A stretch of DNA of 64,000 nt from Terriglobia bacterium (GTDB lineage: Bacteria > Acidobacteriota > Terriglobia > 20CM-2-55-15). Made by a program: the position numbers and the translations under genes. Below the pieces are notes generated by a model. It ran no database searches and was not told the DNA's origin. It saw nothing but the letters and a program-made list of their open reading frames with translations. Positions 16,588 through 25,363 of this stretch are shown piece after piece (positions within the stretch are counted from its first letter, which is position 1; each line of letters opens with the position of its first letter). The DNA is taken from NCBI GenBank assembly GCA_965216035.1, contig CBDCFM010000015.1, positions 117,786 to 181,785 on the forward strand, read 5' to 3'.

Positions 16588-19500
16588 GTGCATTTTATAG
16601 CTGAGAGCAGGGAGTCGCCGTTGAATGCTGAAGTGCCCATCCGCGAAGGGCAAGTTCTGACCGGTCCGCTGTTTAGCGAACCGATGCAAGTGGAGACAGT
16701 TCGGCCCAACGGTTTCGGCGTCTGGGTAGCGGGTCTCGTCGGGCAGCGCTCAGAGAGGTTCCGCCGGGTCACGCTGACGTCGGATGACATCTCGAACCTG
16801 AGTATCGCCGACTCTGCTCTCACCTACGATGGCGATGGGCGGCTTTTGCGGATCGCCCTCCAAGCTTATTCGCTCGGCATTGCCTACGAGTTCGACCCCT
16901 ATTTCGGGCTTTCCATCTCGCGTGTGGACCCGCTGCCGCACCAGCTTGAAGCGGTCTACGGGCACCTCCTCAAACTTCCCAGCGTGCGCTTCCTTCTGGC
17001 CGACGATGCGGGGGCGGGGAAGACCATCATGGCCGGTCTCCTGGTCCGCGAGCTCAAGCTGCGGGGCCTCATCGAGCGAGTGCTCGTTGTCTGTCCCGCC
17101 AACCTTTCGTTTCAGTGGCAGCGCGAGCTCAAGGAGAAGTTCGACGAGAAGTTTCTGGTGCTCAAGGGCAGCGACATCCGAGATCAATTTGGTGTCAATC
17201 AGTGGATGGAGCAGAAGCAGATCATCACCTCGCTTGATTTGGCCAAGCGCACGGAGATCTTGCCCGGACTACGGCAGGTCCACTGGGACTTGGTCATCGT
17301 GGACGAGGCACACCGGATGTCGGCGCGGGATGAGACCCACAAGAGCCAGCGGTACAAGCTTGGGGAACTGCTGCGCGACAGTAGCGATCACGTGCTGCTG
17401 CTGACTGCCACACCCCACAAGGGTGATCCGCAGAATTTCACGCTGTTTCTACAGCTGCTCGACAGGGACGCCTACGCCGACGTGAAGTCGATCCACGAGG
17501 CCATGGAACGGAGGCGGGCACCCTTCTACCTGCGTCGCACGAAGGAGGCGATGGTCTATTTCCCGGAGCGTGAGTCGGATGGAGGGTGGGCCGCGAAGCC
17601 TCTTTTCACCAAGCGCATCCCGCGCACTGCCGACTTCGCTATCGATGGTCCTGAGTTCGAGCTCTACCAGAAGATCACGCGGTTCGTGAAGCGACAGAGT
17701 GCTCGGGCCGCGGCGCAGGGCGACGATCCGCGGGCTCGGGCGGTCGGGTTTTTGATGTCGCTTTACCAGCGGCGTCTCGCCTCGAGTACCTACGCTATGC
17801 GGCGGTCGCTTGAGAATCGCGCAAAGCGACTGGATGCGGGCCTCAAGCGCGCTCAAGAGTTGGTACGGCAGGTGCCGCCGGACCTTCCCGACTGGGACGA
17901 ACTCGATGAGTTCGAGGACGCCGAGCGTGAGAGGCTAGAGAGAATGCTGGAGGCGATCACGTTGGCCGGCAACGCCGACCAGGTACGTGAAGAGATTGCC
18001 GAGCTTCTGGAGTTGGCCGAAGAGGCGAATGCCGTCGAGGGTGCGGGTACCGAGGCGAAACTCGGACATCTTCGGAAAATCATGCAAGACGAGGGATTTT
18101 TTGACCGTCCCGACCAGCGCTTACTGCTATTCACAGAGTTCAGGGACACCCTGGACTACCTGATGGAGCAATTGAAAACCTGGGGCTTCAGCGTCGGGTG
18201 CATCCATGGCGGCATGAAATCCGGCTCCCGCGATGAACTCGGGACTCGACTCTACACCGAACAGCAGTTCCGCGAGGGCGCCATCCAGGTTCTGGTGGCG
18301 ACGGAGGCGGCCGGTGAAGGCATCAACCTTCAGTGCTGTCACATCCTTTTTAACTACGACATTCCATGGAACCCGAACCGGCTCGAACAGCGCATGGGCC
18401 GCATCCATCGCTACGGTCAGCGGCACGACTGCCTGATCTTCAACTTCGTTGCCACCAACACTATCGAGGGCCGGGTGCTCGAACGCCTCTTGGACAAGCT
18501 CCAGGTAATCCGCGATGCGCTTGACGACGACGCGGTGTTCAACGTCGTGGGCGAGGTGTTGCCGGCTGCCCACGTCGAGCGCGTGCTCCGGGATTACTAC
18601 GCGGGCAAGTTGGGCGATGCCGATCTCGAGGAGCGGCTGTTGCGGGGCGTGGATGAGGGCCATTTCCGCGCCATTTGCCAGACGGCGCTAGAAGGCTTAG
18701 CCGCTAAGAAACTCAACCTCGACATGCTCATTGAGCGAAGGGCCCGGGCGCAGGAACGACGCGTTGTTCCCGAGACCATTACGCGATTTATCGTGGACTC
18801 CGCCCACGACGCGGGCTTCTCCTTGAAGCCGGTAAGCAAGCTGGCCCATACGTTTCAACCGGGTCGAACACCGTCTATCCTGAAGAAATACGAGCGGGAG
18901 TCAAACTGGAAACTCGCGGAGTTGGCGATCCGCTACCCACGCCTGTCGACGGACCGCGATACGGCCGCGGCGAACAGTCTTGAATGGGTGACTCCCGGGC
19001 ATCCGCTGTTCGAGGCTCTGCGCCGGCACAGCCTTGACACAGGGCAGGCCGCCTTCGCCAGGGGCGCCTGCTTCCATTCACTGGCGCACGAAGCTCCGGC
19101 GCGGCTCGATTTCTACCGTGCACGAGTCGTGGATGGCCTTGGCCAAGTCATCCACGAACGTCTATTCACCTTGGAACTGACGAACGACGGTTCCCCTAGC
19201 CTCCGCGAGCCGGATGTCCTCGGCGACATGAATCCCGGCGCGGTGTCCGATGATTTGCCGTCCGTAGCCACCCTCCCGGAGGCGACCACCTGGCTCAACG
19301 CGAACGCCCTGGTACCCTTCATCGAGGAGGTTCGTGCGGAGCGACTGGCTGAGGTGGAACGTATCGGCGAACACGTTGAGCTCTCCTTGACCGAGGTCCT
19401 ACTGCGGATCGATGAGGAAATCGGCCGCGCCGCAGACGAAGTGGCCAATGAGGTCACTGGTGCCGAGGGGCGTCTCGCGCAGGCCGAAAGCCGCCACGCG

Positions 19501-20061
19501 GAGGTGCTGGCGCGGCGGGAGCGGCGGCGCGAGGAGCTCAAGCGGCAGCGGGCGGTGACACTGCAGGGCGTCGAGCGGCTGGCAAGTGTGCTCATCTTGC
19601 CCCACCCAGAACGCAGCACGCTGGATGTCCATCGCCTGCGCCCGCACCCCGAAACTGAGATGACCGCCATGCGGGTGGTCATAGAATACGAGACCGCGCG
19701 GGGACGTAAGGTCTATGACGTCCATGAGAAGAACCTCGGCTACGACGTGACCAGCCTCGATCTGCAGTCAGGCGAGTTGCGCCTGATCGAAGTGAAGGGT
19801 CTTGCTGCCGCTACAGGAAGTATCCTGCTCACGCCAAACGAACGTCGCGTCGCCGAGGATCGTCCCGACTGCTTCTGGCTCTACGTGGTGACCAACTGCG
19901 CGAGCGCGCCTGAACTGCAGGAACCGATCAAAGACTCGGCTCGATTCCCCTGGCATGAAGTCACCAAGGTTCAGCACTACTGGCTGGACGTCAACGCCAT
20001 GACGCAGCCGATGGACATCCGGGACAACGCAGCCCCTGATCGGGGGAAGGAAACGCCATGA
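16588..20061 (+). CDS. SNF2-family helicase with C-terminal DUF3883-like PD-(D/E)xK domain
   Basis: Helicase motifs are LLADDAGAGKTIMAG (I), VIVDEAHRM (II), LLLTATPHKG (III) and NPNRLEQRMGRIHRYGQ (VI). The C-terminus GYDVTSLD...LRLIEVKG...ILLTPNE...FWLYVV resembles DUF3883. Confidence 0.9.
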   Translation: MHFIAESRESPLNAEVPIREGQVLTGPLFSEPMQVETVRPNGFGVWVAGLVGQRSERFRRVTLTSDDISNLSIADSALTYDGDGRLLRIALQAYSLGIAYEFDPYFGLSISRVDPLPHQLEAVYGHLLKLPSVRFLLADDAGAGKTIMAGLLVRELKLRGLIERVLVVCPANLSFQWQRELKEKFDEKFLVLKGSDIRDQFGVNQWMEQKQIITSLDLAKRTEILPGLRQVHWDLVIVDEAHRMSARDETHKSQRYKLGELLRDSSDHVLLLTATPHKGDPQNFTLFLQLLDRDAYADVKSIHEAMERRRAPFYLRRTKEAMVYFPERESDGGWAAKPLFTKRIPRTADFAIDGPEFELYQKITRFVKRQSARAAAQGDDPRARAVGFLMSLYQRRLASSTYAMRRSLENRAKRLDAGLKRAQELVRQVPPDLPDWDELDEFEDAERERLERMLEAITLAGNADQVREEIAELLELAEEANAVEGAGTEAKLGHLRKIMQDEGFFDRPDQRLLLFTEFRDTLDYLMEQLKTWGFSVGCIHGGMKSGSRDELGTRLYTEQQFREGAIQVLVATEAAGEGINLQCCHILFNYDIPWNPNRLEQRMGRIHRYGQRHDCLIFNFVATNTIEGRVLERLLDKLQVIRDALDDDAVFNVVGEVLPAAHVERVLRDYYAGKLGDADLEERLLRGVDEGHFRAICQTALEGLAAKKLNLDMLIERRARAQERRVVPETITRFIVDSAHDAGFSLKPVSKLAHTFQPGRTPSILKKYERESNWKLAELAIRYPRLSTDRDTAAANSLEWVTPGHPLFEALRRHSLDTGQAAFARGACFHSLAHEAPARLDFYRARVVDGLGQVIHERLFTLELTNDGSPSLREPDVLGDMNPGAVSDDLPSVATLPEATTWLNANALVPFIEEVRAERLAEVERIGEHVELSLTEVLLRIDEEIGRAADEVANEVTGAEGRLAQAESRHAEVLARRERRREELKRQRAVTLQGVERLASVLILPHPERSTLDVHRLRPHPETEMTAMRVVIEYETARGRKVYDVHEKNLGYDVTSLDLQSGELRLIEVKGLAAATGSILLTPNERRVAEDRPDCFWLYVVTNCASAPELQEPIKDSARFPWHEVTKVQHYWLDVNAMTQPMDIRDNAAPDRGKETP

Positions 20062-21305
20062 CGCCGCCGACCGAGAAATCTGCGGTGCTTGAGGAGCAGT
20101 ACCAATCGGTCGTCGACGATGTGACCGGGCTTATCGACGCGGCCCGACGCTCGGCGGCCCGCTCCGTGAACGCCGTCATGACTGCCGCCTACTGGCTCGT
20201 CGGACGGTACATTGTGGAGTTCGAGCAGGCGGGCGAGGACCGAGCCGAATACCGGGCAGCGCTCATTGAAAGGCTGGCGTCAGATTTGACGAAGCGGTTC
20301 GGTCGAGGGTTCTCTCGCCAGAACATTTGGCAGATGCGCCTGTTCTACCAGACGTATCCCCCTCAGCGAATTCTCCAGACACCGTCTGGAGAATCAGAAT
20401 TGATCCCGTCAAGCCCAAGACCGGAAACCGCGTCTGCAGAATCCTCGCTGGCCGACATCACTTCACGCTTTCCACTGCCGTGGTCCGCCTATGTGCGATT
20501 GCTCTCGGTCAAGAACTTGCGTGCCCGCCAGTTCTACGAGACCGAGGCCCTGCGCGGCGGTTGGTCGGTACGCCAAATCGACCGGCAGATCGACTCCCAG
20601 TTCTACGAGCGCACGGCTCTCTCGAAGAATAAGGCCGCTATGTTGACCCGGGGCGGGAAGGCACGGGCTGAAGACGCTGTGCTTCCCGAGGAGGAAATCA
20701 AAGACCCGTATGTCCTCGAATTTCTGGACCTCAAGGATGAGTACTCCGAGAGCGATCTCGAAGAAGCGCTGATCCGGTGCCTGGAAACCTTCCTCCTGGA
20801 ACTCGGCGGGGACTTCTGCTTCATGGGAAGGCAAAGGCGCCTCCGCATCGGTAATGAATGGTATCGGGTGGATCTACTGTTTTTTCACCGGCGTCTGCGA
20901 TGCCTGGTGGTCGTCGACTTGAAGATTGGCAGATTCACGCACGCCGACGCCGGACAGATGCACCTCTATCTGAACTACGCGCGGGAGCACTGGGTCCATG
21001 AGGATGAAAACCCGCCTGTCGGGCTGATTCTCTGCTCCCAGAAAGATGAGGCCGTTGCTCGATATGCTCTTGAAGGGCTACCGAACAAAGTGATGACCGC
21101 GGAGTATCGAACTACGCTGCCGGACGAGGAAGTTCTGGCCGCGGAAATTGAGAGGACACGGCAGGCAATAAACTTACGCGCCTGGCCTCTCAAGGCCGGC
21201 GTGGGGATCTCACGCGCCAAAGTGACGGCTGGGAGTCCCAAACAAAGGGCAAAGACCATGACGAAAAGGGAACGTGGCGACAGCGGGAAGGACGGACGTA
21301 AATGA
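20058..21305 (+). CDS. DUF1016/YhcG-type PDDEXK nuclease
   Basis: ATGA overlap with the helicase stop. The N-terminal region reads SVNAVMTAAYWLVGRYIVEFEQ...GFSRQNIWQMRLFY. The C-terminal nuclease core reads LEEALIRCLETFLLELGGDFCFMGRQRRLRIGNEWYRVDLLFFHRRLRCLVVVDLKIG. Both are typical of YhcG-like proteins. Confidence 0.85.
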   Translation: MTPPTEKSAVLEEQYQSVVDDVTGLIDAARRSAARSVNAVMTAAYWLVGRYIVEFEQAGEDRAEYRAALIERLASDLTKRFGRGFSRQNIWQMRLFYQTYPPQRILQTPSGESELIPSSPRPETASAESSLADITSRFPLPWSAYVRLLSVKNLRARQFYETEALRGGWSVRQIDRQIDSQFYERTALSKNKAAMLTRGGKARAEDAVLPEEEIKDPYVLEFLDLKDEYSESDLEEALIRCLETFLLELGGDFCFMGRQRRLRIGNEWYRVDLLFFHRRLRCLVVVDLKIGRFTHADAGQMHLYLNYAREHWVHEDENPPVGLILCSQKDEAVARYALEGLPNKVMTAEYRTTLPDEEVLAAEIERTRQAINLRAWPLKAGVGISRAKVTAGSPKQRAKTMTKRERGDSGKDGRK

Positions 21306-21402
21306 TGCGGATCAAGCATCATCATCCTGGATGGAGATCCACGACGCGACGAGTCCGGTTGGGCCATCCACACGCTCGCTCCCTCGCGCAGGTGGAAATC
21401 CC

Positions 21403-24381
21403 ATGATTCCAAAGGAATGCAAGCGACTGGCTGAGGTGGACTTTCCGATAGCGGAGGTCTCTAAGCACGCAGTGCGGGAAAAGCCGATCCGTCACGGGCA
21501 TCCGTCGACGTTGCATCTATGGTGGGCGCGGCGGCCGCTGGCCTCGTCGCGGGCGGTGTTGATGGCGTTGCTGCTACCCGACCCGTGCGACGAGCACTGC
21601 CCGGAAGCGTTCAAGCGGAAAGCCCGCGAGATTCTCCTCGGCATGGATGGGCGGCCGCGCGGATGGACGGAGACTATCGTGCCGAACGAGGGATTGCGGC
21701 AGATCATCCTGAAGTTCATTGCCAATTTCGCCAACTGGGACAATGCCGGGAAACGTGCCTATCTCGATACGGGCCGTGCGCTCGTGAAGGCGGCGTACGG
21801 GAAGGAGTTGCCCCTGGTCGTGGACCCGTTTGCGGGGGGCGGCTCGATCCCGCTCGAAGCGCTACGGCTCGGTTGCGAAACGTTCGCTAGCGACCTCAAC
21901 CCGGTGGCGTGCTTAATTTTGAAGGTGATGCTGGAGGATATCCCGCGACACGGGCCGGAGTTGGCAGAGGAATTGCGTGAGGTCGGCGACAAGATCAAGG
22001 GGGAAGCTGAGCGAGAGTTGACAGATTTCTATCCGAAAGACCCAGACGGCGCGACCCCGATCGCCTATCTCTGGGCGCGCACTGTGTACTGCGAAGCGCC
22101 GAAATGTGGGGCCGAAATTCCACTGATGCGGTCGTTTTGGCTGTGTAAGAAAGAGAAGCGTAAGCGGGCGCTTCGGCGCCGGGTGACGCGGTCCCAAGGA
22201 AAACCGACGCAGGTCGAATTCGAGGTTTTCGAGCCGAAGGCAGACACCGAGGTGCATGGCGGCACGGTGACCCGGGCGAAGGCGAGCTGCGTTTGTTGCG
22301 CTGTGGTGCTGCCGCCGGAGAGAGTGCGGTCGCAACTCGCGGCCCAGCGCGGCGGCGCGGACGTTATTTTCGACGCGGAGGGACGGCGGACAGGGGGAGC
22401 GCGACTGACCGCGGTGGTGACGCTCCGCCCGACACAGGCAGGGCGACACTACCGGCTGCCAACAGACGCGGACTACGCGGCGGTGTGGAAGGCGCAAACA
22501 CGGGCGTCCGAGATACTTGCGGAGTGGGAACGCGGAGGCGAACAGGAGCTCTGTCCGGTGCCGGACGAGCCAACACCCGCTGGCGGAGGCTCTGGGGCCG
22601 GCCGAGCTTTCAGCGTGCGGCGCTACGGCATGCTCCAGTGGGGCGACCTGTTCACAGCACGGCAGAAAGTGGCCTTGATTGGACTCCTCGGACTCATACA
22701 AAGGGCGAAGATCGTCGGCACAAAACAGATGCTCGCCTGCGCATTCAGCCGCGTAACAATGAGCGATATGTCTTGCACGCGATGGAACGCCGTAGCAGAA
22801 AAGATGCAACACACATTCGGCAGGCAAGCCCTACCTATGGTTTGGGACTTTGCCGAGGTCGTGGTTACTGCCGAAGCTCCTGGAAATTGGAAAAGCGGGT
22901 ATAGGCTCATTGGTGATGTCGTCGATGCAGCGTGCAACGAACAGGCTGGGCAAACTCAACTCGCCGATGCAACGGAACACCCTCTTCCCGATCAGACCGC
23001 AGGTGTCTGGTTCACCGACCCGCCCTACTACGATGCCGTTCCCTACGCGGACCTCTCCGACTTCTTCTTCGTCTGGCTGAAACGTGCGTTACCCGATCAC
23101 CAATTGCTGCGCGACCCGTTCGATCCAGACAACCCACTTTCACCGAAGACGGCCGAGGTCGTGCAGGACGAAACCAAGCAGTTCGCCGGCCGACCAAAGG
23201 ACCGCACGTGGTTCGAGGAAACGATGGCAGACGCCTTCACGGAGGGGCGCCGTGTGCTGCGCGAAGACGGCGTGGGTTCCGTTGTCTTCGCACATAAGAC
23301 GACCGAGGGTTGGGAGGCGCTGCTCTCCGGCATGATCCGCGGTGGTTGGACAATTACCGGCTCTTGGCCGATATCAACGGAGATGAAATCGCGACTACGT
23401 GCCCAAAAGTCCGCAGCCCTCGCCACCAGCGTCCATCTGATTTGTCGGCCGCGCCCGGACGACGCGCCAGTCGGCGATTGGGCCGAGGCCCTGCGCTCCT
23501 TGCCTGTCCGTGTTAGCGACTGGATGGAACACCTCCAGGGCGAAGGCGTCCGTGGCGCGGATCTGGTTTTTGCCTGCATTGGTCCCGCGCTCGAGATCTT
23601 CAGTCGCTACGGTGCGGTCGAAACTGCGGAAGGACGTAAGGTCGGTCTGCCCGAATACCTGGAAAAAGTCTGGGAAGTCGTTGGCCGCGCGGCGCTTGAG
23701 CAAGTACTCGGCACGGCGGAGGCACAAGCGCGCAACGGTCTAGCCGGAGCACTGGAGGAGGACGCCCGCCTGACCGCGCTCTTTCTATGGACCCTCCAGA
23801 GCACTGAGGTCTCAGATAAGAACGGCAAGAAGGAAGATGAGGAGGAGGAAGCGGTCTCCAAGACAGCGGCCAAGGGATTTGCTCTCCCCTTCGACGTCGT
23901 GCGCCGCTTCGCCCAACCGATGGGCATTGATCTCGATCTTTGGACCGACCGAATCATCGGCCAGAAAAAAGGCGTGGTGCGACTGCTGCCGGTGGCTGAG
24001 CGGACCAAGGCGCTTTTCGGCGAGAATGGCACCCAAGCCGCCGCCGACTGGATCGAGAGCGATCCGAATGCCAGCTTGCAACAGACGCTCTTTCCCGAAT
24101 TGAACGACGTGCCGAAGACAAGGCGCCGCCACAGAAAAAGGAACCTCCTCGACGGCGATGCCGAACTTCAGACAATCGATGCCACCGCACTGGACCGAGT
24201 ACACGCAGCCATGCTGTTACAGGCCAGTGGCCACGCCAACGCGCTACGGACACTGATCGGGGCCGAGCAGGATCGCGGCCCCGACTTTCTGCGGCTCGCT
24301 AACGCGCTTTCCGCCCTGTATCCGCGCGGCAGCCAGGAAAAGCGGTTGCTGGATGCCATGCTGTTGGCGGTACCCCGTTGA
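21403..24381 (+). CDS. DUF1156-type DNA methyltransferase (N6A/N4C class, DPPY)
   Basis: The likely start is ATG 21403 (MIPKECKRLAEVDFPIAEVS); the 21274 start overlaps the upstream gene. The DUF1156 N-terminus reads HGHPSTLHLWWARRPLASSRAV. The SAM motif is VVDPFAGGGSIPLEA and the catalytic motif is WFTDPPYYDAVPY. Confidence 0.9.
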   Translation: MIPKECKRLAEVDFPIAEVSKHAVREKPIRHGHPSTLHLWWARRPLASSRAVLMALLLPDPCDEHCPEAFKRKAREILLGMDGRPRGWTETIVPNEGLRQIILKFIANFANWDNAGKRAYLDTGRALVKAAYGKELPLVVDPFAGGGSIPLEALRLGCETFASDLNPVACLILKVMLEDIPRHGPELAEELREVGDKIKGEAERELTDFYPKDPDGATPIAYLWARTVYCEAPKCGAEIPLMRSFWLCKKEKRKRALRRRVTRSQGKPTQVEFEVFEPKADTEVHGGTVTRAKASCVCCAVVLPPERVRSQLAAQRGGADVIFDAEGRRTGGARLTAVVTLRPTQAGRHYRLPTDADYAAVWKAQTRASEILAEWERGGEQELCPVPDEPTPAGGGSGAGRAFSVRRYGMLQWGDLFTARQKVALIGLLGLIQRAKIVGTKQMLACAFSRVTMSDMSCTRWNAVAEKMQHTFGRQALPMVWDFAEVVVTAEAPGNWKSGYRLIGDVVDAACNEQAGQTQLADATEHPLPDQTAGVWFTDPPYYDAVPYADLSDFFFVWLKRALPDHQLLRDPFDPDNPLSPKTAEVVQDETKQFAGRPKDRTWFEETMADAFTEGRRVLREDGVGSVVFAHKTTEGWEALLSGMIRGGWTITGSWPISTEMKSRLRAQKSAALATSVHLICRPRPDDAPVGDWAEALRSLPVRVSDWMEHLQGEGVRGADLVFACIGPALEIFSRYGAVETAEGRKVGLPEYLEKVWEVVGRAALEQVLGTAEAQARNGLAGALEEDARLTALFLWTLQSTEVSDKNGKKEDEEEEAVSKTAAKGFALPFDVVRRFAQPMGIDLDLWTDRIIGQKKGVVRLLPVAERTKALFGENGTQAAADWIESDPNASLQQTLFPELNDVPKTRRRHRKRNLLDGDAELQTIDATALDRVHAAMLLQASGHANALRTLIGAEQDRGPDFLRLANALSALYPRGSQEKRLLDAMLLAVPR

Positions 24382-24385
24382 TGGC

Positions 24386-25351
24386 ATGACAAGCGAAAGC
24401 AACAAGCACGCAATCTGGCAAGTATCTGCCGGCCCCTCTGACCGGTCCTATGCGGATCAATTCTTGAACCACGGCGTCGCTCTGATCGGTCCTGGCGATC
24501 CTGGAGAGTGGCGTTCTGATCGGTCCGATGAGGACTTTGAAGGCGGATTTGTCCGCAGGTTCGCCGACGAGATGCGCACGGGCGACGTGCTGCTACTTCG
24601 GACGGGCCTATCCACCATTCGTGCGGTTGGCCTGGTTGCATCCGAGTACCAGTACCTACGGCAGTTCGACGACGTGAATGGCTGGGACTTGCAGCACGGA
24701 CGACGTGTGCAATGGTGCCCGCTTCCCGATCCGTACGACTTCGGGGGACGGGTTTTTGGATCTCACCCCCCTCGGCTTTCGCGTATCCAGGTACCGAGCC
24801 TTATCGAGTATGCGAATCGCTTTGTTCGATCGCCGCCGACGGACTGGCAAACCAGGACTTTGCCGAGCCTGCCGGAGGAGGAAGCGGAACTCGACGCACT
24901 ACCGGTCGAGTTGCAAGAGATTGTTGCTCAAGTCCATGACCTCTCGAAACTCTACTGGGATGTGGATTCTTTCGGGGAGCGACCCATGGAGGACGAGTTG
25001 GTTGTGCACTACATCGTTCCTCTCCTGCGCGCCTTGGGTTGGCCCGTCGAGAGGATTGCCGTGAAGTGGCGCAATATCGACGTGTGTGTGTTCTCCGGGC
25101 TGCCGAGAATCCCGGAAAACTGTCACTGCGTGATCGAAGCAAAAAGATTAGGCGCGGGCGTTGAAGGCGCGCTCGAACAGGCCATCGGATATGTAGAGGC
25201 CCTCGGCGTACCGTGCGACGTGGTCGTTACCGATGGCATACGATACCGAATGTACGATGCCAGCAAGGGTTTTGCGCCTGTAGCTTATGCAAATCTTGCA
25301 CGCTTGAAACAATCGTCTAGGGAACTGTTCGCACGTATGCAAAGACCGTAA
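24386..25351 (+). CDS. two-domain protein: N-terminal small beta-barrel (PUA/EVE-like?) + C-terminal HSDR_N-like PD-(D/E)xK
   Basis: ATG 24386 lies 5 nt after the methylase stop. The C-terminus VHYIVPLLRALGWPVERIAVKWRNIDVCVF...CVIEAKRLGAGVEGALEQAIGY...VVVTDGIRYRMY matches the type I HsdR N-terminal nuclease-fold pattern (D...E.K). The N-terminal call is inference only. Confidence 0.7.
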   Translation: MTSESNKHAIWQVSAGPSDRSYADQFLNHGVALIGPGDPGEWRSDRSDEDFEGGFVRRFADEMRTGDVLLLRTGLSTIRAVGLVASEYQYLRQFDDVNGWDLQHGRRVQWCPLPDPYDFGGRVFGSHPPRLSRIQVPSLIEYANRFVRSPPTDWQTRTLPSLPEEEAELDALPVELQEIVAQVHDLSKLYWDVDSFGERPMEDELVVHYIVPLLRALGWPVERIAVKWRNIDVCVFSGLPRIPENCHCVIEAKRLGAGVEGALEQAIGYVEALGVPCDVVVTDGIRYRMYDASKGFAPVAYANLARLKQSSRELFARMQRP

Positions 25352-25363
25352 CCGGAGGAAACA

